64,000 nt of DNA, taken from an uncultured bacterium (GTDB lineage: Bacteria > Bacillota > Clostridia > Lachnospirales > Lachnospiraceae). The stretch is taken from NCBI GenBank assembly GCA_947073545.1, contig CAMTMP010000008.1:450-64449 (forward strand). Reading direction: 5' to 3'. Both the position numbers and the translations under genes were made by a program. Within the stretch, counting starts at the first letter, position 1; the number at the start of each line of letters is the position of its first letter. The notes under the pieces are model-generated. The model was not told where the DNA came from. It saw nothing but the letters and a program-made list of their open reading frames with translations, and made no database searches. This document shows, piece after piece, positions 37,138-48,208 of the stretch.

Positions 37138-38328
37138 ATGGCGGAGAGAAATCTGGATTTTGACAGGGTAATAGAGAGAAGAAATACCCGGTCGCTGAAA
37201 TATGATTTTGCGGTGGAATGGGGTATGCCGGAGGACGTGCTGCCGCTGTGGGTGGCGGACATGGATTTTAAGACTTCCTCCTACATAGAGGATGCGCTGG
37301 CGGAGCGGGTGAAGGAAGGGATTTTCGGCTACAGCGAGGTGAAGACCCCATACTTTGAAACCGTGCAGGACTGGATGGTAAGGCGGCATGACTGGAAACC
37401 ACAGGAGGAGTGGCTTGTGAAAACGCCGGGCGTGGTGACGGCTCTCGCTATGGCCGTGAAAGCCTATACGGAGCCGGGGGATGCGGTGCTGATCCAGCTT
37501 CCGGTATATTATCCATTTTCGGAAGTGATAGAGGACAACGGCAGGCGCGTGGTCAGCAGCAACCTGTATCGGGGTGAAGATAACCGATATCATATGGATT
37601 TTGAGGATTTCGAGGAGAAACTTATACAAAATGGGGTAAAATTGTTTCTCCTCTGTAATCCGCACAATCCGGTAGGTAGAGTTTGGACAAGGGAGGAACT
37701 GACCCGGCTGGGCGATATCTGCATGAAGCATGATGTGATTGTCGTCAGTGATGAAATCCATCAGGATTTTGTGTTTCAGGGCAAGCATCAGGTGTTTGCG
37801 GGGCTGAAAAAGGAGTATGAGGAGCGCTGCATCGTCTGTACGTCTCCCAGCAAAACATTCAATCTGGCCACGATGGTATTGTCGAACATATTTATTCCCA
37901 ACCGGGATTTGCGGAAACGCTTCCGAAAACAGCTCGATGCGGCGGGGATCAGCCAGCTTGGCGTGATGGGACTGATTGCCTGTGAGACGGCTTATGGCAA
38001 GGGAGAGGAATGGTATTTTGCCATGCGCGAGTATGTCCGCGGCAATATCGCCTTTGTAAAAAAATATGTAGAGGAAAATTTGTCGTGGGTGACGATGACG
38101 GAGCATGAAGGAACCTATCTGGTCTGGCTGGATTTTTCCGGGACGGGGTTATCAGAGACAGAGCTGGAGGAACGGATTGTGCATAAGGCCGGGCTGTGGC
38201 TGGACGGCGGCGGGATGTTCGGGGAGAGTGGAAAAGGTTTCCAGCGGATCAATGTGGCATGTCCGAGAAGTATTTTGGAAGAAGCGATGAAGAGATTGGA
38301 GGAGGCGATTAAGGAAACATGCGGTTAG
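37138..38328 (+). CDS. patB: PatB/MalY family PLP-dependent cystathionine beta-lyase
   Basis: LPLWVADMDF, LCNPHNPVGRVWT, SDEIHQD, SPSKTFNLA and EGTYLVWLDF. Confidence 0.9.
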   Translation: MAERNLDFDRVIERRNTRSLKYDFAVEWGMPEDVLPLWVADMDFKTSSYIEDALAERVKEGIFGYSEVKTPYFETVQDWMVRRHDWKPQEEWLVKTPGVVTALAMAVKAYTEPGDAVLIQLPVYYPFSEVIEDNGRRVVSSNLYRGEDNRYHMDFEDFEEKLIQNGVKLFLLCNPHNPVGRVWTREELTRLGDICMKHDVIVVSDEIHQDFVFQGKHQVFAGLKKEYEERCIVCTSPSKTFNLATMVLSNIFIPNRDLRKRFRKQLDAAGISQLGVMGLIACETAYGKGEEWYFAMREYVRGNIAFVKKYVEENLSWVTMTEHEGTYLVWLDFSGTGLSETELEERIVHKAGLWLDGGGMFGESGKGFQRINVACPRSILEEAMKRLEEAIKETCG

Positions 38329-38486
38329 CCGGTTGTGCTAACAGGCTGTATTGTGGTAAGTATGTGTGCATTTGACCGTATCATCCGCATGGAAACGGCT
38401 TATCATATCAGAGCGCAACAAAAAAATGAACAGTCTTGACAAGAGTTGGCAGAAATTTTTATAATTGGGAAGGAGGGGGTAACGAC

Positions 38487-40460
38487 ATGAAGAGCATACG
38501 TACTAAAATCAACCTTTGTCTCATTTTAACTGTTCTGGTAGGTCTGGTAGCCTCCGGATCTTCCAGCATCGCGCTCAATTACAACAGCACCATGTCCACG
38601 GTGGAGCAAATGATGAGCCAGACCGCGGTACTGGCGGCGGGACGTGCACAGCAGGAGTTGGCGGCGTACAAAAACGTTGTCATGGAAGTAGGACATATTC
38701 CGCAGCTTGGAGACTCTGACACGCCGGTGGCGGAAAAACAGGCCATTATGGACGAGCGTGTTGCCATGCATGGTTTCCAGAGAGGAAACATCATCGGTGC
38801 GGACGGTATAAGCATTTTTGACGGAAAAGACTACTCTGACCGCGAGTATGTGCAGCAGGCGCTTCAGGGCAACATTTATGTGTCGGAGCCGCTTGTCAGC
38901 AAGATTACCGGTCAGTTGTCCATTATGGTTGCGGCACCGCTTTACGCGGAGGAGGCTTATGGTGCTTCGATTGTCGGCGTGGTTTATTTTGTGCCGCAGG
39001 AGACATTTTTAAATGATATCGTGTCGGCCATTCAGATCGGTGAGAACAGCCGGGCCTACATGATTAATAAGACAGGCGATACGATTGCGGATATTACGCT
39101 TGAGACCATCACTGTTCAGAATATTGAAGCGGAAGCCCAGAGCGATCCGTCGCTGCAGGAGCTGGCGACGATCCATGGCGAGATGCGTCAGGGTAAGAAC
39201 GGGTTTGGCAGCTATACGAGCGGTGAGGATAAAATGTTTGCCGCCTATGCGCCTGTGCCGGACACAGACGGCTGGAGCATCGCAGTGACGGCGCCTCAGA
39301 TTAACTATTTGGCTTCCACGCGTGACGCGATCGTTGTCAATCTTTTAGTGATTGTGATTTCCATACTGCTTTCCGTTGTGGTGGCTCTGGCTTTGGCACG
39401 TAATATCGGCAGTCCCATGAAGGCCTGCGTCAATCGGATGAAGCTGCTTGTGGAGGGTGATCTGGAAACGCCCATGCCCCAAATTAAAAACAAAGACGAG
39501 ACGGGTGTGCTCGCCAGATCAACGGAGTCACTGGTAGAAGGATTAAGTATTGTCATAAACGATATCAGCTATCTCTTAAACGAGATGGCAAATCAAAATC
39601 TGGATGTACATACCACCCATGAAGAAGTGTATGTGGGCAGTTTCCAGAACATTCTCCATTCCATGCGGAATATGAGAAAAGAATTGAGCGGTGCCATGCG
39701 TCAGGTCAATCATTCCGCCGGGGAGGTGTCTGATGCCAGCGATCAGTTGTCGGCCAGCGCTCAGATGCTCAGTCAGGGTACAACGGAACAGGCAAGCTCT
39801 GTGGAGGAACTGGCGGCGCGGATCAGCGTCATTGCCGATCAGGTGAAACATACGGCAAGCGGTGCTTTGGAAGTACGCAGCCAGACCCATCAGACCGGTG
39901 AGGAAGTGCTTCTTTGTAACCAGAAGATGCAGAGTCTTGTGGAGGCTATGGAAAGGATACAGGCAAGCTCCGAGGAGATTGAAAAGATCCTAAAGACGAT
40001 TGACGACATAGCATTCCAGACCAATATACTTGCACTGAATGCGGCGGTGGAGGCGGCGAGAGCCGGAAGCGCCGGTAAGGGATTTGCCGTGGTAGCGGAG
40101 GAGGTTCGCAATCTGGCCGGGAAATCCGCGCAGGCTGCGCAGAACACGTCGGACTTGATCGGAAATTCCACGGAAGCCGTACATATCGGTACGGAAATTG
40201 CCAAGAATACGGCGGATGTTTTGCTTGGTGTTGTGAACAGCATTCAAGCGGTGGTGGAGGCCATCGATAACATTGCCACGGTGTCAAGTGAACAGTCCGA
40301 GTCGGTGGAGCAGGTGTCCGAGGGCATCAATCAGATCTCGGTTGTGGTACAGAACAACTCCGCGACTGCGGAGGAGGGAGCGGCGGCAAGCGAGGAGCTT
40401 TCTGCGGAGGCGACATGTTTGAAGGAGCTGGTGGATCAGTTTACACTGGCATCGGAATAG
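38487..40460 (+). CDS. Methyl-accepting chemotaxis protein (Cache + HAMP + MA domains)
   Basis: Two TM segments, [12 protein letters not shown] Cache motif and [34 protein letters not shown]. Confidence 0.95.
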   Translation: MKSIRTKINLCLILTVLVGLVASGSSSIALNYNSTMSTVEQMMSQTAVLAAGRAQQELAAYKNVVMEVGHIPQLGDSDTPVAEKQAIMDERVAMHGFQRGNIIGADGISIFDGKDYSDREYVQQALQGNIYVSEPLVSKITGQLSIMVAAPLYAEEAYGASIVGVVYFVPQETFLNDIVSAIQIGENSRAYMINKTGDTIADITLETITVQNIEAEAQSDPSLQELATIHGEMRQGKNGFGSYTSGEDKMFAAYAPVPDTDGWSIAVTAPQINYLASTRDAIVVNLLVIVISILLSVVVALALARNIGSPMKACVNRMKLLVEGDLETPMPQIKNKDETGVLARSTESLVEGLSIVINDISYLLNEMANQNLDVHTTHEEVYVGSFQNILHSMRNMRKELSGAMRQVNHSAGEVSDASDQLSASAQMLSQGTTEQASSVEELAARISVIADQVKHTASGALEVRSQTHQTGEEVLLCNQKMQSLVEAMERIQASSEEIEKILKTIDDIAFQTNILALNAAVEAARAGSAGKGFAVVAEEVRNLAGKSAQAAQNTSDLIGNSTEAVHIGTEIAKNTADVLLGVVNSIQAVVEAIDNIATVSSEQSESVEQVSEGINQISVVVQNNSATAEEGAAASEELSAEATCLKELVDQFTLASE

Positions 40461-40472
40461 AGGAGACAAGGA

Positions 40473-40503
40473 AGGGACCGCATATGTGGCGGTCTCTTTT
40501 TTT
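40473..40503 (+). terminator. Intrinsic terminator
   Basis: gggaccgc-atatgtg-gcggtctc followed by a T-run. Confidence 0.7.
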
Positions 40504-40597
40504 GTAACGGGTTGTTTTTTGGCGGTAGTTCGGCTAATCTTAAATTAGATGGTGAAGATATATAGGAATGCAAAACGGAACAAGGAGGATGTGACTG

Positions 40598-41356
40598 GTG
40601 ACGAAATATGTGTTGGAATGCTGTGTGGACAGTGTGGAATCGGCCCTTGCGGCGGTGGAGGGCGGGGCGGACCGGCTGGAGCTTTGTGCAGCGCTTGTGA
40701 TCGGTGGTATCTCGCCGGGACCGGCGCTCTTTGAACAGGTGAGCGCCTGCTGTGATCTGCCTGTCCGGGTGCTGCTGCGGCCGCGGTTCGGAGATTTTTT
40801 GTATACAGAGTATGAATTTCGGATATTGAAAAGGGAGGTGGCACTTTTCAGAGAAGCGGGTGCAGAGGGTGTGGTGATCGGATGTCTGGATGCGGACGGC
40901 AGTCTTCATATGGAGCAGATGCGGGAATTGGTCGCGGAGGCAGGAGATATGAAGGTGACGCTGCACCGGGCCTTCGACGTGTGTGCAGATCCGATCAAGA
41001 CATACAGGCAGGCAGGAGAATTGGGGATTGACACGATCCTGACCTCCGGACAGAAGAGAGAATGTCTTATGGGCATGCCGCTTTTGAGAGAACTGTGCGG
41101 GATGCAGAAGGAGGCGGGGATGCCCCGTATTATGGCGGGGGCTGGCGTGACGCCAGATGTGATAAGGCAGTTTTGCGCACAGACGGACATTACGGGCTAC
41201 CATTTATCCGCCAAAAAGGTACTGGACAGCGGAATGCGTTACCGCAAGGAGGATGTGCCCATGGGGCTTCCGGTTATGGATGAATACAGTATTTTCAGGA
41301 CGGACAGCAGTGTCGTGGCGGAGGCGAAGCAGGCGATTCTGGAGCATATGGTATAA
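40598..41356 (+). CDS. cutC: Copper homeostasis protein CutC
   Basis: LECCVDSVESA, GADRLELC, RPRFGDF, TLHRAFD and ILTSGQ. Confidence 0.93.
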   Translation: MTKYVLECCVDSVESALAAVEGGADRLELCAALVIGGISPGPALFEQVSACCDLPVRVLLRPRFGDFLYTEYEFRILKREVALFREAGAEGVVIGCLDADGSLHMEQMRELVAEAGDMKVTLHRAFDVCADPIKTYRQAGELGIDTILTSGQKRECLMGMPLLRELCGMQKEAGMPRIMAGAGVTPDVIRQFCAQTDITGYHLSAKKVLDSGMRYRKEDVPMGLPVMDEYSIFRTDSSVVAEAKQAILEHMV

Positions 41357-41392
41357 ACTGTTATTAGCTGAGTGCACGGTTAGGAGGAAATC

Positions 41393-41860
41393 ATGGCAAT
41401 TGAGAGAGTAAAAACATATTTCAGTCAATACGGAATGGAGGAGAAGATCCGGGAGTTCGACGTGTCCAGCGCCACGGTGGAACTGGCGGCACAGGCGCTT
41501 TCCTGTGAGCCGGCGAGGATAGCGAAAACGCTGTCATTTATGGCGGACGGTCACGCGATACTGATCGTGGCGGCAGGGGACGTAAAAATTGACAATCACA
41601 AGTATAAGGAGCAGTTTCACACGAAGGCAAAAATGCTCTCCCCGGAGGAGGCGGAGACGCTTGTGGGACATGCGGTCGGTGGTGTCTGCCCGTTTGCGGT
41701 AAACGAGGGTGTCACAGTGTACTTAGACGAGTCGCTGAAACGCTTTGAGACGGTTTTTCCCGCCTGCGGCAGTTCTAACAGCGCGATAGAGCTGACAATC
41801 CCGGAGTTAGAGAAGTATGTGCTTAACGTGCAATGGGTGGACGTCTGCAAGGGATATTGA
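41393..41860 (+). CDS. YbaK/EbsC family aminoacyl-tRNA deacylase-like protein
   Basis: SSATVELAA, IAKTLSF, GHAVGGVCPF and PACGSSNSA. Confidence 0.92.
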   Translation: MAIERVKTYFSQYGMEEKIREFDVSSATVELAAQALSCEPARIAKTLSFMADGHAILIVAAGDVKIDNHKYKEQFHTKAKMLSPEEAETLVGHAVGGVCPFAVNEGVTVYLDESLKRFETVFPACGSSNSAIELTIPELEKYVLNVQWVDVCKGY

Positions 41861-41933
41861 GATATTGTTTTTACTTATTCCGGTATGGATGGTATAATAA
41901 TGGCATAGGGCGACGAGAAAGGAGAATGTGAGA

Positions 41934-42158
41934 ATGAACAAACTGTTTTGCTATGCGAATAGGTATTTGGAGAAGAGCGATTGGAAAGATATCGCTATGC
42001 TTAAGTTCTGCCTTTTTTCTATCGGCGTTTTGGCTGGGATGAGAATACCGGAAAAGAACAGGAAACAGGCGGGATGTGTTGCTGCTGCGGTCTTTGTGGC
42101 AACCTATATTCCACTGATGGCTAAGTTTTTTTCCGTGATTTTGGAGAAGGATAAATAA
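41934..42158 (+). CDS. Small membrane protein
   Basis: AAGGAG RBS, two hydrophobic segments (LKFCLFSIGVLAG; AAAVFVATYIPL). Confidence 0.7.
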   Translation: MNKLFCYANRYLEKSDWKDIAMLKFCLFSIGVLAGMRIPEKNRKQAGCVAAAVFVATYIPLMAKFFSVILEKDK

Positions 42159-42200
42159 ACGGCTGACTGCGGCATAAAGCAATTGAAAAATTAGGCGGGA

Positions 42201-43817
42201 GTGAAGCGGGATATGGGATTTTTGAGGCAGACGGGAAAGAAAAAGAAGACGGAACAAAAAAGCTATGCGGGGGAGCCGCTGGCGGGACCGGAGCAGATGA
42301 TGGCAAAGAGGGACGAAACGGGAAAAACCATGTTTCTTTCGCCGGAGGATAGAACCGTTTCCAAAGCCAGAGGCACGAGGTGCAGATCCCAGGAGGGTGG
42401 GGATACGTCCGATTATTCCCGGGAGAACGTTTTCCGCGGCAATCCCATCCTTATTAACGGCCCGGATTATCTTCTGCGAATCTGCGAGACGCGTATGGAA
42501 GCGTTTCTCACGCTGTATCGCCGCTTTTCAAAGAAAGAGCTTATTGCACTCTTGAAGGAAAACGAAATTGTCTACGGCATCCAAGAAAAAACGCTGGAGG
42601 AACTTGCACAGGGGAAGCTGAATTATGAAGAGGCTTTTGTGGCGCAGGGGACAGCAAAGAAGGACGGCAGGGACGGGTATTTTGAATACCATTTCAATCC
42701 GAAGCCGGAGACAAGGCCGATTATTCTGCCGGATGGTTCTGTAGATTACAATGTGTTAGGGAAAATGGAATTGGTGACCAAGGGGCAGCTCCTTGTCACT
42801 TATCATGCCGTTGTCCCAGCCGTGGTGGGCAGGGACGTGCAGGGAAATATCATGGAGGCTTATGAGGGAAAAGACCTGCCGCCACTGCAGTGTAAACGCT
42901 GCGAGCTGGATGAAAAGAGCTGCCGGTATTACGCTTCAACGGAGGGGAATGTGACTCTGGAAGGAAGGTGTCTGACGGTTACGCCGATCTATGCGATAGA
43001 CGGCAATCTGGACGCCGCTACGGGAGACGTGGATTTTCACGGGGACGTGTTGGTGCAGGGCAATGTGTTTGCCGGTGTGACATTGAAGACAACCGGGTCG
43101 ATTACCGTAAACGGGCATGTGGAGACGGCGCATCTCTATGCGGGAAAAGATGTGATTTTGAAAAACGGTATGCAGGGTTCGGGAAACGGCGTTATCCGTG
43201 CGGGGCGCAATGTGATGGCCCGCTTTTTGGAGCAGACGCAGGTCTATGCCGGAAATGAGGTAAATACAGGCGCTATCTTAAACTGTGAGGTGGAATCGGG
43301 GCAGAGTGTGGTTATAGCCGGGAATAGGGGCACGATCATCGGCGGCAGTGTGACAGCGGTCGAACAAATTACTGCCGCTTCCATCGGGAACCGCGCCGGG
43401 GTCACGACCCAGCTTGTGATTGGACTGGACTGTGAATTTAAGGAAAAGATGGGGGAGATCGACCGCCTGACGGACGAATATGAGGGAAACAGGAAGGATG
43501 CGGAGATCACTCTCGACCGTATTTCTTATCAGTTGAAATCGCAGCCCGCCACACCGGAATTAAATCAGCAGAAAGCGGAGCAGATGCGCAGGAAGATTCA
43601 TTACCAGTTGAAAGTGAAAGAGATTATCGCGAAACGCGAACAGTTGATAGATATCAACAGGCGTTCGGCGGACGGGAAAATAGTGGTGAGCGGTACTTCC
43701 AACGTGGGATGTGTTATCATCATAAACGGCGTGCGGGAGGTGCTGCATTCGGAGTACCGGGATGTGACGTACAAGAAGGGGCGGCAGGAGATTCGGATTA
43801 TATCGAACAGGCAGTAG
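42201..43817 (+). CDS. FapA/DUF342 family protein
   Basis: GRDGYFEY, GSVDY..LG, GNLDAATGDVDFHGDVLVQGNV beta-helix repeats and a C-terminal coiled coil. GTG start uncertain. Confidence 0.85.
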   Translation: MKRDMGFLRQTGKKKKTEQKSYAGEPLAGPEQMMAKRDETGKTMFLSPEDRTVSKARGTRCRSQEGGDTSDYSRENVFRGNPILINGPDYLLRICETRMEAFLTLYRRFSKKELIALLKENEIVYGIQEKTLEELAQGKLNYEEAFVAQGTAKKDGRDGYFEYHFNPKPETRPIILPDGSVDYNVLGKMELVTKGQLLVTYHAVVPAVVGRDVQGNIMEAYEGKDLPPLQCKRCELDEKSCRYYASTEGNVTLEGRCLTVTPIYAIDGNLDAATGDVDFHGDVLVQGNVFAGVTLKTTGSITVNGHVETAHLYAGKDVILKNGMQGSGNGVIRAGRNVMARFLEQTQVYAGNEVNTGAILNCEVESGQSVVIAGNRGTIIGGSVTAVEQITAASIGNRAGVTTQLVIGLDCEFKEKMGEIDRLTDEYEGNRKDAEITLDRISYQLKSQPATPELNQQKAEQMRRKIHYQLKVKEIIAKREQLIDINRRSADGKIVVSGTSNVGCVIIINGVREVLHSEYRDVTYKKGRQEIRIISNRQ

Positions 43818-44060
43818 CCGGAACATTTGAAGGAGAAGTTACATTTGATTTAACGGAATTTTTTTGCATACTGCACTTAATACACTGCAAGTCGTGTACT
43901 TCGGTGTATTTTTTTGTGACCAGAGAAAGCCTTAGGGCGAATCTGTAATTTCCAATCGCTACCGCCTTGCGTCCAGATACAACATCGGTTCTTCCGCCAC
44001 GGCGGATTTCTGCCGATACTATATAGGGACAGGAAATCAAAATTCTTATAGAGAAAAGAC

Positions 44061-44828
44061 ATGGAGAGAGAAAGATTGAATATTGTGGTTTGCGATGATG
44101 AGGAAAATGTACGTTGTCTGATAAAGAGACTGATAGAAAAGCAGACAAAGGATTGTCGGGTCATGGAGTTTTCTTCCGGAGTGGAACTGCTGCAGTTCTG
44201 GCGGCAGGAGGACAGAGAACAGATAGATATTCTTTTTCTTGATATTGCCATGGAGGGCGCGGACGGGATGGAAACGGCGGAACAGATCAGAAATTGGAAA
44301 GAAGAAAGGGAGGAACCTTTGTGGGGAAGTCTGCCTTTGTTGATCTTTGTGACAGGTCATCCGGAGTATATGGCGAAGGCGTTTTCCGTCAATGCGTTTC
44401 AGTATCTAGTAAAGCCCATTGACGAAAAGGAGTTTGCGGACGTGTTCGCGCAGGCTTTGCGGGAGTGCCGCCATCTGGAGATGAAAAAGAACATAGAGCC
44501 GCAGAAAATATTAATCAGGGACGGAAATATCACAAGAAATATTCCGATAGAGGATATTTATTATATCGAGAGCAACAACAGGAAAATCATCATAGCCATG
44601 GGGGATGAAAAGATAGAGTGTTACGGGAAGATCGGCGGCATGGAGCGAGAACTGCAGGAAGGGTTCTTTCGCACGCACAGAGGGTATCTTGTGAACATGA
44701 AATATGTGGAAAGATACAGCCGGACGGAAGTGCAGATGAAAAACGGAAGCAGCCTTCTGATCTCCAAATATAAGTACCAGAATTTTGTAAAGGCGTATCT
44801 GGCATACCTTGCGGAGGATAGCAGATGA
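44061..44828 (+). CDS. LytTR family response regulator (AgrA-like)
   Basis: IVVCDDE, FLDIAM, IFVTGH, YLVKPID and FFRTHRGYLVNM. Confidence 0.93.
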   Translation: MERERLNIVVCDDEENVRCLIKRLIEKQTKDCRVMEFSSGVELLQFWRQEDREQIDILFLDIAMEGADGMETAEQIRNWKEEREEPLWGSLPLLIFVTGHPEYMAKAFSVNAFQYLVKPIDEKEFADVFAQALRECRHLEMKKNIEPQKILIRDGNITRNIPIEDIYYIESNNRKIIIAMGDEKIECYGKIGGMERELQEGFFRTHRGYLVNMKYVERYSRTEVQMKNGSSLLISKYKYQNFVKAYLAYLAEDSR

Positions 44829-46237
44829 GCCAGGCGGGATATGAGGCATTCAGCATTTTTTGCGATCTGTATCTTGCAATTTTGCAGACCTTTCTCTTTT
44901 TGGTGATATGGGATATTCTTTTTAGACCGGAAAGAGGAAAAAGGGAAGCGCTTTTTGCGGGTATTTTGGCGGCGGCCAATGTGTTTCTACGCCTGTGCCC
45001 GTATGCGCCCGGCTGGGGAAGGTATGTGGCTTCAGCGGTTATAGCATTGACGTATTGCCATATCAGATATAGGGGATATCTGGAAAAAGCCGTTTTTACG
45101 CTGTTGTTGTTTTACAATTTCCATGGGATGAGTTTTCTGGTTGCAAGCAGCATGTATCAGTTTATAATGGATGAGACGCTGGGAAGTCTGGATGTTCAGG
45201 ATGCCGCTTACATGTTTCATTTGTATCGGCATCTGATGACCGGGCAGGTCTGTATGCTGCTGATTTATACGCTTGCATTTACCTTGACGGCCTGTGTTTT
45301 GAAAAAAATGATAAAGAGTCCGCTGTCCATGAACTGGCAGGATACCGTTTTCCTTTCTGTTCTCAATGTGGTCGGCAGTATGCTTGTATGGATGGTCATT
45401 GATCTGATAATGGTACCGATGGAGCAGGAGATCTTTTGTCTTTTTACCCAGAAGAAAGAGATGGTATGGCGGATACCCATGATCGCCGTTCTGCTCTGTG
45501 CAGGGGAGATATCCGCGGTCTATATTTTTCGGAAATACAAAGAACTGCAGGATGAGAGAGAAAAGCGCTTTGTGGAAGAACAGCAGACCAAAGCTTTAAA
45601 AAGGAGGCTTGAAGAAGCGGAGCATTTCTATGGCAGCATTCGCAGGGTAAGACATGAAATGAAAAACCATATGGCCAATATCAAGGGGCTTGTGGCGGGT
45701 GAAAAGTATGGAGAAGTGGAGAAGTATATTGAAAAGCTGGATGCGACCATACAGGAGCTTGACTATAAATTCAGTACGGGAAATGCCGTGACGGACGTCA
45801 TCATCAACGACAAATACTGTCGGGCAGTAAACGCCGGAATCATATGCAGCGTAAAATTTGAGTACCGAGAAACGGATACCGTCTCCGCCTTTGACCTGGG
45901 GATCATACTGAATAATCTTTTGGATAATGCCATAGAGGCATGTGAAAAGCTGGAAGAGGAAAAGCGCCATATCAGTCTGACACTAAAAAGAAAGAGGCAT
46001 TTCCTGCTGATAGAGGTGGAGAACAGCTTTGACGGAAAACTGGAATGGAGAGACGGGGAAAGTTTTCCGGCTACAACGAAGCGGGACGGGCGGCCCGGTA
46101 TACTGCCGGAGCACGGGATCGGGCTGAAAAATGTGCGGGACGTGGCGGAGCGTTATCTCGGGTCTATGGATGTGAAGGCTGAGGGAGAGGTGTTCAGGGT
46201 TACGGTGATGCTGCAGCAGGGAGAAAGAGCCGGATAG
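44825..46237 (+). CDS. GHKL-domain sensor histidine kinase (AgrC-like)
   Basis: Multi-TM N-terminus, RHEMKNH, TGNAVTDVIIN, NLLDNAIEA and HGIGLKNV. ATGA overlap with the response regulator. Confidence 0.92.
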   Translation: MSQAGYEAFSIFCDLYLAILQTFLFLVIWDILFRPERGKREALFAGILAAANVFLRLCPYAPGWGRYVASAVIALTYCHIRYRGYLEKAVFTLLLFYNFHGMSFLVASSMYQFIMDETLGSLDVQDAAYMFHLYRHLMTGQVCMLLIYTLAFTLTACVLKKMIKSPLSMNWQDTVFLSVLNVVGSMLVWMVIDLIMVPMEQEIFCLFTQKKEMVWRIPMIAVLLCAGEISAVYIFRKYKELQDEREKRFVEEQQTKALKRRLEEAEHFYGSIRRVRHEMKNHMANIKGLVAGEKYGEVEKYIEKLDATIQELDYKFSTGNAVTDVIINDKYCRAVNAGIICSVKFEYRETDTVSAFDLGIILNNLLDNAIEACEKLEEEKRHISLTLKRKRHFLLIEVENSFDGKLEWRDGESFPATTKRDGRPGILPEHGIGLKNVRDVAERYLGSMDVKAEGEVFRVTVMLQQGERAG

Positions 46238-46317
46238 AAGCCAATGTCATGCCCATCGTTCCGCCGGGAAATGCCATTGATGACATGATGTTAGAAGGCG
46301 GGGAAAACAGAGAATGA
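46237..46317 (+). pseudogene. Possible C-terminal remnant of acetolactate synthase large subunit
   Basis: EANVMPIVPPGNAIDDMMLEGGENRE* resembles IlvB C-termini (..NVxPxVPPGxxxxDM). Confidence 0.35.
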
Positions 46318-46398
46318 AAAGGAGATGGATCAGATAACGTTGCATTTTGATAAAAGATACACTTAAAAAAATACTTTAATAAAGTATGGGCGGTGTAC

Positions 46399-47332
46399 AT
46401 GGATAAGAAGAAAATTACCAATATGGAAGTAAAGAAGAAAACAGGAATGATGTTTTTCGCTATATTTGTAGACAGGGAACGGTATCAAACCCCGATATTT
46501 CATATAACATGAAGATCAGCCTGCCGACGGCAACGCAGATTACGAAGGAGCTGATAGCGGAAGGGTTATTGGAGGAAAAAGGGGAATTGCAGTCAACCGG
46601 CGGGAGGCGGGCGAAAGCCCTGTCGGCAGTTGTCAATGCCAGACTGGCGGTGGGACTGGGTATTACGAAAAATCATATTGCACTGGTGCTTATCAATATT
46701 GTGGGGGAAATCTTAAAATATGAGCGCATCCATCAGCCGTATGTTTCCGGAGAGGCCTATTATCGGGAAGTAAGTGAGAGGCTGGAGCATTTTCTGGATG
46801 AAAATGGTGTTGACAGGCAAAAGGTTTTGGGGGTGGGAATTTCTTTCCCGGGAATTATAAATCCGGATAAGGGGCAGATCGCTTATTCTCATGTATTGGG
46901 CATAGAGGCTGTGCTGTTTGATTCAGTAAGCAGCCTTTTTTTCCTATCCTTGCTTTTTCCTCAATGATGCCAATGCGGGGGCATATGACAGTCGTTATGG
47001 ACGGGGAAAGCTGTTATTGCGGGAAACGGGGATGTCTGGACGCCTACTGCGCCGCGTGGCATTTATCCGATGCGGCGGATGGAAAACTGGAACAGTTTTT
47101 CAGTATGCTGGATCAGGGCGATGCAGAGGCGGCAAAGATATGGGATTCTTATACGGATTATCTTGCTGTTGCAGTGAACAATATTTACATGGTTCTGGAT
47201 TGCGATATTGTTTTGGGTGGCTATGTAGGGAGCTGCATGGGTACACATATTCAGGAAATATGGGACAAAGTGGCACCAGTGATGAGGAATACCGGAAGAA
47301 TTGATGTTAGATTTCTACCACTGGTTGCGTAG
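46399..47332 (+). pseudogene. ROK family transcriptional regulator, disrupted
   Basis: MDKKKITNMEVKKK shifts frame at the A-run near 46440 into NRNDVFRYI...ISLPTATQIT...STGGRR. A second shift occurs at the T-run near 46935. NDANAG is joined to GHMT..CYCGKRGCL with the intervening core missing. Confidence 0.8.
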
Positions 47333-47455
47333 ATGTATAGAGGTCTATATGGAACGCAACCGGCCATCTTGGTATTGTAAAACAAGGATTTCAGTGAATA
47401 GTTCAGAGCCAGGTTATTGTACTGAAACCTAAAAAAGAAATGGAGAGGTATAAAT

Positions 47456-48208
47456 ATGCAATACCATATAATGATCAAAAACCTGTCTAAGTCTTACCAA
47501 TCAAAGGGGACAGCAAAAACAGCTTTATCTGATGTTACCCTCAATATTCCGCAGGGCGAAATCTTTTGTATCATGGGTTCCTCCGGCAGCGGTAAGAGTA
47601 CACTGTTAAAGATTTTAGGAGGCATGGAAAAACCAACCTCCGGCACTGTCTACATCAATGGAGCTAATATGGCGGATTATGGGCAGCAGGATTATGACCG
47701 CCACCGCCAGATGACAGTTGGTTATGTGTTTCAGGACTTTAATTTGTTGGAAGGTCTGACATTGAAAGAGAATATAATTTTGCCACTGACTTTGCAAAAA
47801 CTGAGTGAAACAGAAATACAGAAAAAATATGCGGATACATTGCGGTGTGTGGATGTCGGTTATTGTGAAAATAACTATCCGGAGCAGTCATCGGGTGGCG
47901 AGCAGCAGAGGGCGGCAATCTGCCGGGCAATCATTAAATCCCCCAAGCTGATATTGGCAGACGAGCCGACAGGGAGCCTTGATCATGTAAATGCAAAAGC
48001 AATCTTAAGTACATTTATGGATATCAAAGAAAGAATGCAGACTACGATTGTCCTTGTCACCCACGATGCGGCTGTAGCCAGCTATTGTGATACGGTTGTT
48101 TTTATTGAGAACGGCAGGGTATGCGATACTTTAAGAAAGGAAGAAACGGCACAGCCATTTTATGAAAGGATTGTGACGGTATCATCGAAAGTGAGGGGAG
48201 CCATTTGA
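47456..48208 (+). CDS. ABC transporter ATP-binding protein (BceA/LolD-like)
   Basis: [35 protein letters not shown] and VTHD. Confidence 0.92.
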   Translation: MQYHIMIKNLSKSYQSKGTAKTALSDVTLNIPQGEIFCIMGSSGSGKSTLLKILGGMEKPTSGTVYINGANMADYGQQDYDRHRQMTVGYVFQDFNLLEGLTLKENIILPLTLQKLSETEIQKKYADTLRCVDVGYCENNYPEQSSGGEQQRAAICRAIIKSPKLILADEPTGSLDHVNAKAILSTFMDIKERMQTTIVLVTHDAAVASYCDTVVFIENGRVCDTLRKEETAQPFYERIVTVSSKVRGAI

